Of a stretch of 64,000 nucleotides of DNA, positions 39,744-52,760 are shown piece by piece. The translations under genes were made by a program, and so were the position numbers. The stretch spans positions 1,550,001 to 1,614,000 of the forward strand of contig OZ287069.1 of NCBI GenBank assembly GCA_965645245.1, read 5' to 3'. Positions within the stretch are counted from its first letter, which is position 1; each line of letters opens with the position of its first letter. The stretch comes from Massalongia carnosa (lineage: Eukaryota). The notes under the pieces were generated by a model. That model was not told the DNA's origin. It ran no database searches and saw nothing but the letters and a program-made list of their open reading frames with translations.

Positions 39744-40527
39744 CTACTCGTCCAATTGCCCAAGTAACCAGATGGAAAAACCATCGACTTCTTTGGGATC
39801 CTCTGTGGCTGGCATCCGATGTACCTTTGCCTTGATCGTATCCCGCAGCATAGGGTCGAACAGTATGTCAGTATTCATAAGAGCCCTTAGGTGCTGCAAG
39901 ATAACGTCCATGCCGTCCACAGCCTCCGTGAGTAGCTTCAACTTTTCCCCTCGTTCTTCTTCGAGGGCTTTGTCCCCTGGAGTTGCTGCTAGAAGGCGAT
40001 CGACTTCGTACTGCTTGCAGGAAATATGATCGCGGATGAAGTGCTCGAAGATACTCGCTCTCTTTCTTGTATCATCAAAAGCCTTAGATGTCTTCCTGCC
40101 TCGTTGCGTTTTCATTCGTTCTACTGCGCTTGCCTGTTCGAATTTGTGATTAGCTGCGGGCTTCCATTTTCAATAAGAGGGGCAAACTACTACAAGCCTT
40201 GCCGGCTTTTCCGTTGGTTTCTTGCCGGTAGCCCTCTTCTTGAGCTCAATTATGAACTTGGTCTCTTCGATGATCCATTCGGCCAATACTCCTAAGTTGA
40301 GCTTGGCCATGCGCTTAAAGTCATCGAGTAATGACAGAAGACATTCGAGTTCCGCGTCCTGTTATTATGTTAGACATCCCACATGATACAAAAAACTCTT
40401 ATCAAACCGGATATGGTCTTGGGATGGCTTTGATTAAGACGGCGACCGTGTTTATGTGGGAGTTCGGAGCTGCTGTTTGTAAGCATAGCCCGAAAGAGCC
40501 CACACTCGTCATGTCCTTACTATCCAT
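39744..40527 (-). CDS. Orphan hypothetical protein, 3 exons, ~225 aa
   Basis: Exons 40527-40408, 40358-~40190 and 40133-39744 join in phase 0 through GT...CTAAC/GCTAA...CAG introns. No recognisable domain. Confidence 0.5.
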
Positions 40528-41642
40528 TGTGTGAGATTCACACGAGTATGTTTCCCTTCAGAATGACCTCAGGAGGGTTCTCCTTGAGCGAGCTGGATTT
40601 TGTGTGACGATTATTTCGAAACGATCTAAAGAAAGTGAGGTTGGGACTAAAGGGGTCTAGTGGGTGTTAAAATGGTGTTGTGATCCGGTAGGTAAAACAT
40701 GGGGCAGGATATAAATCTACATATGGGCAGTATATTTACTATAGGACCAAGCCCCAGCTTAGGAACATGTTGGATCGCTCTACGAGGTTTGGAGAGCCTA
40801 TGCTTATCATCTCTCTCAAAATTCGCTTAGGTACTTCCTCAATTCTTCATTTGGCCGCAAAACCTTTCACTCCTTCATTCAAATTGCCGCATGGTCCATA
40901 ATTTAGCTTTCGTTCATTGCGAAAGGGATAGGGAAATACTAGTGAGGTGCCTAGACACTAAAAGTGCAGATGGGTTGATGATGAAGGTAGTGGTAGCTTA
41001 ATATTTACGTATGAAGACGCTGGTGAAGATCTTTGGGAAAAGTACTGCTGGCCCTAAAAGAACTGATGAAGGCGGTGTATCTAGCCCTAGCATGAAGTCC
41101 TCCTTCTCCCCCTGCCTCTTCTCCTCCACCCGATCTCCTCCTTCCACCCTTCGAACAAGACCTCCATCAAGCACACCGGCTTCCAGCATTCCTCCCACCG
41201 AAAACCCCCCACAGCGGAATTTGCCCTACGTACAAAAACCTACCCTCGACATCGTGGTCCAATATTAGTAGCTACTATATCAACATTGGAATTATCAGCT
41301 TCATATACGAAATTTTGGTTAAATAAACGCCCCATTTTTCCTTGATGATGCGATCGATCTGCCTTTTCATTCATTCGATAAAGCCAGCTACTTGACGATG
41401 AGAAGTTTTGTTTCCGTTTCTTCTCCTAGCCCTTAGATTGAGATTTGGAACATTGAGGTTGATTAGCACCCTGTGGAACATATTATGGCGGCTGTGCGGT
41501 ATATATGATAAGGAACTTTTTGTGGGATAGAAAAGGCTAGGACTTGAGGCGAGGTTGATAAATATTGAATATTGAATGGTATTTCAAAAATTAGCGACTA
41601 TACAGTTTAAGAAGATACATAACTCCTCCCTAATGTAACCCA

Positions 41643-42740
41643 TTACCCTCTTAGCGGTAGCACATGCTGCCCCAGCACTCCCTGTCGGCATAGCGGACAT
41701 TCTGGCTTCTCACGGACCCAGTCCGTGATGCACGTCCAGCAGAAAACATGCCCGCACGTTGTCACGCTAGGGTCCTTCATCTCCTCCAGGCACAGCGTGC
41801 ATTTGCGCTGTTGTCGGCCCTCGATCCATCCCATCGTGCCAGCGTCTTTGAGAGCGTAGCGCGGCGTGTCGCCCAGCCAGGGGGTGTGGGTCGTGATTTC
41901 GAAGCGAGTTGGAAGGCTCAATGAAGTGATGATGTTGTTATTATCGGTGGTTTTGGAAATTGAGGATGAAATCCCATCTCCCGGGGCGTCCCCTCGTGGA
42001 AAAGATTCTGCAGGAAAAGGGGGTTCTTTGAGGGTGTTGTAAATATGCATCCAGCTTTGCACGGCCATTTGGAGAACTAGTAGAACACCCAGGACTTCAT
42101 AGCCGACGCGCTGATCGGAAGGAGCTAGGCGTTTTGTAAAGATGTAGCGGAGGCTGAAGAGACGCTTGCTGAGGTGATAGTAGGAACCAGTGAGGTAGAA
42201 AATTGAGAGCGTGAGGGCGTAGACTGGGGATGGTGAGGTTATGGCGGAGAGGTTGTTGAGCAAATAGGACAGCAGAAGCTGCGAGAACGACGCATTCGAC
42301 GTCTTCGATTTACGCCGAATGCGATCTTCGAGCTTCAAACGTACGCGGTTCCGAAAGGCGGGTAGAAATTTTGCAAGGACGTATGGAAGGAGAATTGAGG
42401 AAAAGATGTAGCCAGCGCGGCGATGAAAGGGAGGAAGACGCAAGGAGGAGTCCGAGACCTGAATGATGTCGCAGTACTCTTCACCCAAGGTACGGTTGCC
42501 TACCAGCGTGGTCAGGCCGAGATAGAGGAGCTCGGTAAAAGTGCGGGCTTCGGAGCTGTAGGTGTGGGCAAAACGCGAGCCGTACAGCTTGCGGAGGATG
42601 GTGGATAGCTGCTCGAGCAGGACTCCTTGGAAATAGGCGTCTTTCTGATTCGAGCGGATTATGTCGGGCGCGGCGGCGAACGGGTAGTTGTAGGAGGATG
42701 TCGTTTGAGGCGGAGATGAGGGTTGTATCTGGGTGGACAT
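41643..42740 (-). CDS. PEX10: Peroxin Pex10 (Pex2/Pex12 N-terminal domain plus RING finger)
   Basis: 'YPFAAAPDIIRSNQKD', 'GNRTLGEEYCDI', RING 'CTLCLEEMKDPSVTTCGHVFCWTCITDWVREKPECPLCR'. Confidence 0.97.
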   Translation of the reverse strand: MSTQIQPSSPPQTTSSYNYPFAAAPDIIRSNQKDAYFQGVLLEQLSTILRKLYGSRFAHTYSSEARTFTELLYLGLTTLVGNRTLGEEYCDIIQVSDSSLRLPPFHRRAGYIFSSILLPYVLAKFLPAFRNRVRLKLEDRIRRKSKTSNASFSQLLLSYLLNNLSAITSPSPVYALTLSIFYLTGSYYHLSKRLFSLRYIFTKRLAPSDQRVGYEVLGVLLVLQMAVQSWMHIYNTLKEPPFPAESFPRGDAPGDGISSSISKTTDNNNIITSLSLPTRFEITTHTPWLGDTPRYALKDAGTMGWIEGRQQRKCTLCLEEMKDPSVTTCGHVFCWTCITDWVREKPECPLCRQGVLGQHVLPLRG

Positions 42741-42989
42741 GGTCGGAGGGGTTTTGCGGTCATTGAAGCAACTCTTTTCGGTTGAGAGGACGATTGTTAT
42801 GATTCGTCCCTACAAGACTGGATTAACACTCGTGCTAAGCCCGCCGGCGTCTGAGGCGCTTAACTGGGGGTTGGTTAGCCGATGGGCTGATGGAGCTGAA
42901 AGTGGTTTGATCCTTGATTCAAATAGGTGTCCTCGTTCTTTACAGTTTCAATCTCTTACTTCAAAAGCAGTGTTGAGTATGTCTTCGGA

Positions 42990-44475
42990 ATGGATGGGGA
43001 TCCAGCTGTCGAACCAAAGCTGGATACCTTCAGTTTGATCCTACCTCTACCATATCGAGTTGCTGTCATCCTTGTACTAGGTACGGGGTTAACCCCTTTT
43101 ATCGACTCTAACAAAGCATTCCTGACTGTGCCTAGGAGTTTGGGCTTGGGGGCTTAATCTTCATTATTTGGCTCTTCTCAAGATCGTAAGATAGGAATCT
43201 GCTTAATGGCTAAGAAAACTTCTACTGATCCTTATTAGGATGCACCGGCCTTGATAAAGTATCCCAGCCGACCTTCCCTGACAATTCCCCCTCATCACCG
43301 GCGAACTTACAGACTCGCCGCTACTGTTACTATCCCTCTGATAGTCTCCATCCTTCTCTTCTGGGTCATTACCCATGGTTCGCCATCCTTGGTCATCGCG
43401 TGGGATATTCTTCCCCAGTCCTACCTATTCCTTCTCTTTGTCCTGTTTGTCATACCGTTCCAGCAGCTTTCACGCACAGGGAGATACTGGTTTCTGTCCA
43501 CTCTGAAACGCGTCAGCATCGGACGCATCGCCGAAGCACAAGATGGGAAGTTTGGGGATATACTCCTTGCCGATGTTCTAACATCGTACGCCAAAGTCCT
43601 CGGGGACCTCTTCGTCTCGGCATGCATGTTTGTGTCTTTTGGAGCATCATCGACAAACAAACCCGACCGGAGCTGTGGTGGACAATACATGGTACCCCTG
43701 ATAATCAGCATTCCGAGCATGATCCGCCTGCGTCAGTGCCTGATAGAGTTCCTACGAGTCCGGAATAATAGCCCGAAATCAGGATCCGCTGGCTGGGGCG
43801 GGCAACATCTTGCCAACGCTCTGAAATACTCCAGCGCATTCCCAGTCATCATCCTCAGCGCTCTTCAACGCGGCTACGATACCAATAAAATCGGCATGAG
43901 CGAGACGGGTCTTTTTCGTTTATGGTACCTCTATCACGCCTCCTGAATGATACTTCACCGTATCTTGTAGCTCCCTACTGACGCTCCGTTCCTGGCAGGC
44001 TCTTTTTCGTTTTCCTGAATTCCTTCTACTCCTTCTATTGGGACGTTGCTAAAGATTGGGACCTCACCCTCTTTGCTTCGTCCGCCGTGCGGAACAATCC
44101 CGAGCACCCTTGGGGCCTTCGCCGACACACGCACTTCCACGCCAAGGAGATGTATTACGGCGCCATCATCATCGATCTTATGCTACGCTGTACATGGAGC
44201 TTCAAGCTGTCGCCGCATCTGGACCATTTTAATGATTTGGAAGGTGGCATTTTCGTCATGGAGTTTCTGGAGGTTTTTCGAAGGTTCATCTGGATATTTT
44301 TTAGGGTTGAGACGGAGTGGGGTGAGTGCTTCTGGAACTCGTGTTCCCTATGATCCCCCTACTCGGGAATTTTATCCCAATGGAACTAATGGCATGACCA
44401 GTTCGAGCGAACCGCGGGCCTCCACTGGATGAGATCCTTCTGGCCGATTATAGCAGTAGGTCGGATGAAGATTGA
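42990..44475 (+). CDS. ERD1: EXS-domain protein Erd1, multi-exon
   Basis: Start MDGDPAVEPKLD, then 'GKFGDILLADVLTSYAK', 'IRLRQCLIE', 'HLANALKYSSAFPVI', 'LRCTWSFKLS' and 'LEVFRRFIWIFFRVETEW'. Last exon ends 'SRSDED*'. Confidence 0.9.
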
Positions 44476-46696
44476 CGTGAGCGAACCTGGAGAATGGAAG
44501 GTTCGGTGTGTATTATTTGTGTCCAGGAGTTGATTCAATCCCTTTCTTTCTTAGAATAAACGTACATGTATGTATGTTAGATACCCATTACTCTTTTTTC
44601 GCACGCGATATAAACTATCAGCTGTATATGATACTCTACATTTTCGTTTCCTACACACAAACTTTAGACTTTGAATTTGGCTATCTTTCTTAACGTACTC
44701 TTACGCAAAAAAGGGTCTCGCCAAATTGCAGGGAAGAGATCGGTCTCTCTCTCTCTATCTCTTCCTCGACCTACTATACTAACTAGTCTATAATCCTTTC
44801 CCGCTACCTACAAACCATCTACCGTCAGCAGAGGCACCTGAACAAACCCATCCACTGTTCAGTCTCCGTTCATCCTCAAGCAAACAAGCACCTTCAGCCT
44901 TGAACTCAAATGCCACCCATCGCTCCTAGAATTTGTTTTGCGGATGCGGGTGTACGTACGATTGGTTCAGACGTTGCTTGATACGTAGATTAAAGATCGG
45001 AAAAAAGGGGGATGGGGTGCAGGTCAGCTTTGACGCCACGGGTGGGCTTTCGGAAAAGGATGGAATCCGAAGGTAAGAGGGGGGAGTGAACGAGATAGAT
45101 CTGGACAACATGATTGAATGACAGTGCGTGAAGGCCGTTTTCCATTCAAATTAGGAGATGCGCTATTTTACAAGAACGGGGTTGGTCTTCCACGCCTGAT
45201 GAAAGCAGCGGTATAAACCATTCCGAGTAGGGCTAACGTAACTATAAGGAAGGGAGAGAGAGAGAGAAGAGAGAAGAAGAGGGGATAGGGAAGATGTGCG
45301 AAAACAAGTTAATGTACGTGCAGGCTTGGTGGCCTATGTATAATGTATCTTGTATGGATAAAGGGTGTGATGGATAGGCTGTCTTCTCCCAAGCTTGACG
45401 ATTTTCGGGCGACAAGCGCTCTCATTTCCCCCAACCCATTCTGCTTGGATGAATTCTTCCTAATGATCTTTGTTAGAAGCGATCATAAGTCAAAGCTTTG
45501 CCCTGGTATCTCATCTCAGAAGGGCGGGTATGGGTACGATTCGTTTTGCTAACGCTGCTTATAATAGAAAGTCTCAATCCATTCAAGGGAAACTCCCCAC
45601 TACTTGGCCAAGCTCTCCAAATCACCTCGTATTCTGATTTTATTCCGAAAGTCTGCGTTGTCATATTATGGGGCTTCTCCGTCAGCGGAGCGTGACTGCT
45701 CCCAAACGAGTTGCCATCCTTGGCAACACAAGCTTCGCTCGATTGGCGAAAGAGGCGATCTTTGATGAACGAGGTGTGCTGGGGGTTTCATATATTCTCT
45801 ATCAACCAACGCCGTACATGCAATAGCATATGCCGTGGCATGGGTTCATAAGAAAGCCCCTATTTAAATCCTAACGCAATCAAGTCAACAACCATGCTTG
45901 CCCGATAAGCCATCGGTCTCGCATTCCATATGGAACCTTTTGCATCGGCTCGTTTCCCGCCTGCGACAAGAGCCTTGCTGTGCCTGATTTAATAATAAAG
46001 GGAAAACTCGGTGGGGAATCGAGTTGCCTTTTTAGTAAAGACTTTATATAGAGACTGAGCCCTAGCTAACGTTCATTCTGGCACAAAAAAATCACATTAG
46101 AAAGATAGAACGGTGTGGGCTGAGGTAAGATTCCTGGTAGCGGTTGGTCTATAATGAGAAACCCTGGGCACAATGCTGGGCGGGAGATGGTTGCCCGGAA
46201 GGAGCTGGAGTCGTCATGACAAACGATGTAAGATGCAGTTATCTATTCGATATAATGACACTGTGTTTAAAGTAGGCGTTCTGAGATTTTTGGTTCTTGT
46301 GGTGGGTGGAAGAGTCATGATCATGAGCAAGGTAGCTGCGAAGTTAGCCTATGACTGAATGGGAGAAATGGAATATCCTGTGGCGATGGAGAAGGCTTTC
46401 TCACTAACAAGATGAGAAGTCACAACATCCGTGTTCTTGTCCATGTTCCTATATATTTCGATTTCAAATTCGAAATCCAACACATCTCCAGTGGGACGGA
46501 TAACCAGGCTCCATCCCACGTGTTCAAGAGCGTATCCAATGTAATAATCAATCCACCCTTTTTACATTTGCAGCTCTAGACTCTAATTCAATCGTTTACT
46601 TATAGGGATTGCTATCGAGGATAAATTTAGAAAAGCGGTGATCGAATATACTATCCTAAGCATTGTCGATTTCACTCATCAGACCTTAATGCATTC

Positions 46697-48442
46697 TTAA
46701 CCTTTTCTCCTAGACCACCGGCCACATTTTTGGCTCGGTTCGTAACAACACTTACCTTGGAGGCGGCCAGCGCACCCCCAAGTCCAAACTGGGTTGGAAT
46801 ACCCTCGACGCGATGAGTTGAGTTGATGTTTTTGACAAGCGTGATCTGATAGCAGGTCGCGGAACCTTGGCGCGAGATTATGGTCGAATATGCAAGAAAG
46901 TATTCCCAAATCTATAATATGACATCAGCAAGACAGACTCCAAGGCGGCAGTAATCGACGCACCCTGAACCATCTATCACCATACTTAGCAACTACCTTT
47001 TCTTTATTTCCTATCCAGTTTCTATACCATCTCCAGAGCGTGGCGGAGTAGTGGACTCCAACTGTATCAATGCCCTTCACCTCGAATCCTGCACCTTCAA
47101 GTCGGCTAATCACGAAACCCAAGGGCGTGGATGCGTCTGCTCCAGGGAAGACGTATTTGTTCATGAAAAGCCCCCATATCAGATCTTCATACTGCCAGCT
47201 CTTACGGAGGCCGGCTATCTGCAAGAAGAATACTCCGTCATCGTCAAGCATATCATGGACTTGGCTGAGAAAGGTCGACAGATGCCGTACGCCAACATGC
47301 TCGGCCATCTCAAGGCATGTAATTTTCTTGTAGCCACCTTGCGGAACTGGGATATCGCGATAATCCATGCAAAGAATCTTACTCTGACTCTCATCGACAC
47401 CTGCTTTCCTAAACGCATTATTACCCCAAGCGGTCTGATTTCTTCCAAGCGTGACCCCAGTCACATGTGCGCCATAAACGGTGCTTGCGAACTTCGCAAG
47501 CGTGCCCCACCCGCAGCCAATGTCTAGTAGAGATTCCCCAGGTTTGAGACCTATCTTTTCGCAAACAATTGCAACCTTGTTGTCTTGCAGTTGCTCCAAG
47601 GATTCTTCTTTGTTGATGTCTGAGACGATGCCGGCTGTGTATATCATACGAGGACCCAGGAACCAGCCGTAGAAATCGTCACCCCGATCATAGTGGTCTC
47701 GTACCTGCTCTTCGTCTAATTTCATAAGCATGCTATGTCAAAGTTGATTTTCGTTGACTAAATTACCTTGTGATCTCGTGTGCATAATCACTTCAGGCAT
47801 CATCCCAGTGAGAAAAAAGCGGATTAAACTCAGGGTAAATCTGAAATTGGCCCAATCGTGCCTATATTCCATGGCTTCTAGCGTATCACCCTTGAAATCA
47901 ACATCTCCATCGAAATACATCTCGTGAAAGGTCTCCATTGGTATCTTGCTCTTGCCATAGTATCTCGACCTGTCCCGTTCACTTTTGAAATGTAGGTAGT
48001 GCTCCACAGGTCGTCCAGGATATCGAGCCTTCTCATTTTTCCTTGGGGATATGTAAGAGGCAATCATCCAAAAAGCCACCAGGATCGGTATGAAAGTGAA
48101 TAACGCAAAAACCATCCACGTGAAGAAACCGCCGCCAACTTTGCGGGCAAAATAGGCAGGGACGACAGCCAAGAGGAAGAACAAAAGCGTATTCGAGAAG
48201 TTTTCGCTGCCAGCGGCGTCGGCAGGTAAAGGTGCATTTTTTATGGATGGAAACTATTAGTATTTTGAAACTCACAGTTAGCTGAATTAATAAGTCATAT
48301 TCATTGCTAATAGAGATCGAGGACGGGAACATACATTTGTAGTTCTCACGCCATATTCTTCCGAAGGGGTTTTGGGCGTTGGAGCAGCTGGTGTTTCAAT
48401 GAACTCGAAATCATCAGATGACTCTGATGTTGTTCTCGACAT
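46697..48442 (-). CDS. MTS1: Sphingolipid C9-methyltransferase (CFA-synthase family), multi-exon
   Basis: 'KIPMETFHEMYFDG', 'EYRHDWANFRF', 'HTRSQ|DEEQVRDHYDRGDDFY', SAM motif 'LLDIGCGWGTL', 'ITCLEMAEHVG', 'KYVFPGADASTPL'. Confidence 0.92.
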
Positions 48443-49285
48443 ACTGAGAAACAATACCTATCAAATTGAGGACTGGATTCGTCGATTGGCACACTCTTGC
48501 GGGGAGCAGCAGGGCGGGTAACAGAAGAAATTTTAGTCCTAGAAAGCTAGAACTTGTACCTGCAGCATGCAAGGATTACCGGACGCTAACTTCGCTTATC
48601 TTCCCTTCAATTAGGGTTAGCTATACCTTGTAGGAGTGCTCGGAACGACCTCTCTACCCTGTGTGCATCCAGTTCCTACCTAACCACCCATAGATCTATC
48701 TAGCTAGCTAGAAAGGTAGTAATACTTCAGAATCTAATAGGAGCGTTGTTAAGATCACCGGGCAAGCTATCCTTGAGCATAATTTGTTATTATCAACATT
48801 TTATCAGACTCTGTTAGCCTATGGCCGTTCGGAAAATACAAGTTCTCTGCTAATGACAGGGACCATGATCTTGTTAAATTTGATACTGTCTCATGATTTT
48901 CCAGATGAAACCGCCGGTATGCTATAAAGACTATCTTTCACAACAGATTTCGCCAGAAGGGTTCTGTCCTGTATGGCAGACAAGCGTTATGAAGGAGAAT
49001 GACAAGCAAGCCCTTAAAAATACCCTTCTCCTTTAAAAAACGCACTCGCCGATTTATAGGAACCCAATGGAGTTGACGAGCAGGTGATGAAACCGACATA
49101 CCTACGGTGATACCATACCCAAGCTCAACTCCTAAACTCCGTTCTTTCTATCTCTCCTTTTGATATCTCAGAAAGAAAAATGCGGTACCGACTTGCTAAA
49201 CATAGAAAATCGAGTTCACGTCTCTCCATCATCCACGACATGCAGATATCATAATATTTTCTAATTATCATTCTTTACTTTCGGT

Positions 49286-52200
49286 TCAGGGGCTCTGGAT
49301 CCCCTTTTGTCTTAGAAAGCTTCCATATCTTAATCTGCATGACGTTGGCAAGCACTGTACCACGTCAATGATCCGGTCAGGCTCGAAAGGAAGTCTTTCC
49401 AATTTCAAAGCTTCCATGATATAGACCGCCACGGTCGCCAATTTCAATGGTGGATCTCGAAGAATACTTGCGGCAGAAGTTACCTCTTGTTGCTGGTCAT
49501 GCCAAAGCGCATAGGCTCGTAGTTGAGCTGGCAAAGCGCGAGGCTTATAATTTGAGGAGAGGGTAGTGCGCCAGCGAGCGACCCACTCGTTTGCGGCTGA
49601 GAACTCGGGACGAGGTGTGGAAGTTGAAGGTTTAGTAGGCATATCTTTAGGTAATTTTAGGATAGGTGTGGGCGCCATTGGATCTTTGAGGGCAAAGTTC
49701 AAGAAGTCTCGAAGAATTTCTTCAGTTGAATCAGGACTATTGGAGGCGGGTGGAATAGAAACTTCATCGGCGACTTCTGATAGCGCATTGTCGGTTGCGA
49801 TATTCTCGTCGGTTGCCAACCGAATCGGAAGATTGAGTTCCGCATGGCTTGGCCGCGGAGGTACGGGAGAGAGTGCCTTTCTTTTCCTCTCCAGGGCATG
49901 GTACAGGTGAAACCCTGCGTATGAATCCGATGCTGCGTCTATGGACTGTAAGCGTCAAGTCAAACGAGCAGGAAAACACCTTACACCGAATCTGTTCAGA
50001 ATTTAGTTCTTCGCTCCAATCACTACTACGAACATCACCTTTCCACAAGGGAAGCTCTAAATGTTCTTCAACTTGCTGTGCCAACGAAACTGTCGTCTTG
50101 TTGATTTTCTTTACGTCGCCGGCGGAATACCTGACCACTTTGTACAGATGGCTTAATTCAAATAACCCTCGAGAATCGATGCTCATGTAACGTCGAAGTC
50201 TTGTACAATCTGCCTTGATAGCGACGCCGACTTTGGTGATTTTTGGTGACTCCATGATCTTTTGCAAAGTTGGTGCTACCAGGTCTTCTAACTTGTCACC
50301 TTTGGAGTATCGAGCGATATGAAAGAGGGCTATCCGGTCCTCACTTGCAAGTTGGATAAGAGCAACGTTTTTCCTAATTCCATCTTTTGCCGATGCTTGT
50401 GCTTTCCATTCAATATCAAAACCTATTATATCTTCATCCAAAAAAAGCTGTGCAGTTAGCTCCGAACTTTCCTTGCATTTACAATAATGCAGTTGGACCT
50501 TCTCCTGACTGGGGCCTCGATATAGCGTGTACTGCCAAAAAGTCTTTTTGTGTTTCAGGGAAGCATGCTCAATCTCCTGTAGCGTCGCTCTGGGAATATG
50601 GAAACCGAGCGGACTAAAAACCGTTTCTTCAGCAAATGTAATTCTAGGTGCAACACCTGGAACTAGGTGACATAGTTCCGGAGATAGACCATCATAATAT
50701 TCAGGTATAGATAGACGAGGACAGGGACCACAACAAGATTCAGGCACAGACGGATGACGGAGAGATTTGGTTGGTGATAGGCTCAAGTGGCTATGAAGTA
50801 TCATAAGAGGGACGGGAGGACTATGCGATGAAAATTTTGCTTCTCTACCATTGTGCACTCCCAGTAGTGACCTGAAACGTAGAATCTTGAAATGTGGAGT
50901 TTTCTGGTATATAAATAAAGTTTTTATCGTTTTGGAGTGTCTTGTTTTTACCACTGACTTTGGGCTGACTAGAGAATCATACCTTGAGGCAGTTAAGTCT
51001 CCTTTGGATGGCGTATTTATCTTTCTGGAAGGGCCGTTTTCAATCGCTGCTTCTAATTTGTCCCAGGAGGATTGAGTATAATGCCACGGTGCTAGTCGAA
51101 TTCGTTTCATATTGAGAAACTCAACAAGGGGTTGTGCCAGATTGCGCCAGCTCTCAAAAAGCGTAAAATGGGTGTTACAGAATCTCTCCTTCATCAGCAT
51201 CAGGCTTCGAAATTTGGTTGCTGAAACGAACGCTGGATTTCGACCTTTGCGGGCAATGAAAGTGGGCATGTGTTTGGTACAAAGACCAAATAACTTACGC
51301 CAACGCCCAAGCTTATTGTTTCTCCGTTTCTCAAATGCGCTCAGTTGCCAGAAAGCCAGCTTATACGGTGACCCTCGGGAAAGCTTGTGCTTTCTGATAA
51401 CTTCTATGTTGTGAAGCAAATAGTTCAAGCGTGACGTATTACGTCGATAGATTACCTGTTCGTAGGGTTCCATGCTCGTAAGCTGCCGGATTTGGCATAA
51501 GATTCTTAGTATGTCCCGCATTCGGTGGATACACAATGTCATCTCTTCTTTCATGATCTCGACCTTATCACGCATGTCTTGGAGACGAATGAGGTAGGGA
51601 GGACTGATTGAGGGTTCCCTAATCAAGGCATCGAAGCGGGATAGTATTTCGCGGTAATTATTTTTTGCTCTTTCCAATGTACTATGTAATTCAACCTTAA
51701 TTTGAGGAGGTTGAAGGTTCGTGTTGTTCCTGTGGCTCTGAATATTGACTTGATGATTAATTAATGCACGTTCTAGCGATGACCTTAAGATAGGGCTACT
51801 TGGATTTATCTCAGCCTTTGAAGGCTTTTCTGCTCTTATTGATCCATTTCGAGGCTCATGAACACATTCTGATCCCCAAACTGAAAATGCCTGTTCTAAA
51901 ACCTTATCGGATTCTCTGCTGCAGTCCACCATATGTATGCTGTCGGGGCCGAACAGTGGTTCATTCCCGGGGAGAACAGAAGAAGAACGACCTCGAGGCA
52001 CGTGAAGATCAGAAGGGGTAGATGTTGGCGATAATGGGTCCTCGGTAAGAATTGAGTTGATACGTGGCTCTCTTGAAACTCTCGTTTCCATGGGGAATGG
52101 TGCCCTTTGACCTTCATCGATTTTTGAGAAAACAATGCCTTGCGATGGGCGCCACGATTTGTCGCTCGATAGGCTATGGAACCTTATACCTTGTGAGGGC

Positions 52201-52422
52201 CGCCATCTTTCTTCATGTACAGGGTGAACTGGCGTTTCTCTGAATGATTTAGCAATGAATTGGCATAACAGTAGAGTTTTATTACTTAGAGTCCATGGCT
52301 TCCGAGTCTCTCGAGTTTCTTGTATCATGCCCAATATAATTGTTAATTGGCATGATCAGTCGTGACGATCCGCAACCGGTGGTGTAGCCGCCGCGGTTCA
52401 AAGCGAGCCTGCGAAATAGCAT
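49286..52422 (-). CDS. DEDDy 3'-5' exonuclease (WRN-exo/EXD2-like) with long N-terminal extension
   Basis: ExoI 'IIGFDIEW', 'VALIQLAS', ExoII 'KVGVAIKADCTRL', 'SDWSEELNSEQIR|YAASDSY' (ExoIII, after an intron), C-terminal 'LRAYALWH'. Proposed exon 1 from ATG 52422 (MLFRRLALNRGG) splices in frame. Confidence 0.82.
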
Positions 52423-52760
52423 AGTATCTCCACATCTTCATGGTTTCCAGGCCCATTCACAGCTCGTCGGTATGACTCAGACGGGCATCCAGAATGCTGA
52501 GGTTGGCACAAGTACTCTGTAAGTAGATTAGATCGTCGGATCAAACAGACAGAATCATTGAGATCACGGGGTATTGATGGTCCCACAATCTTGATGCGCG
52601 TCACCAACTTAACTTAGTTCCCGATTTACACGCAGGGGCAGTTATCAATCTTTCAATACTCGGTACAGAGTTAGTTGTATTAATACTTAGCGTATTTACT
52701 AGCTAGAACAAAAGAGATACCTAATTGGAAGTTTATTTCTTCTAGCCAAGATTTGCAGAA

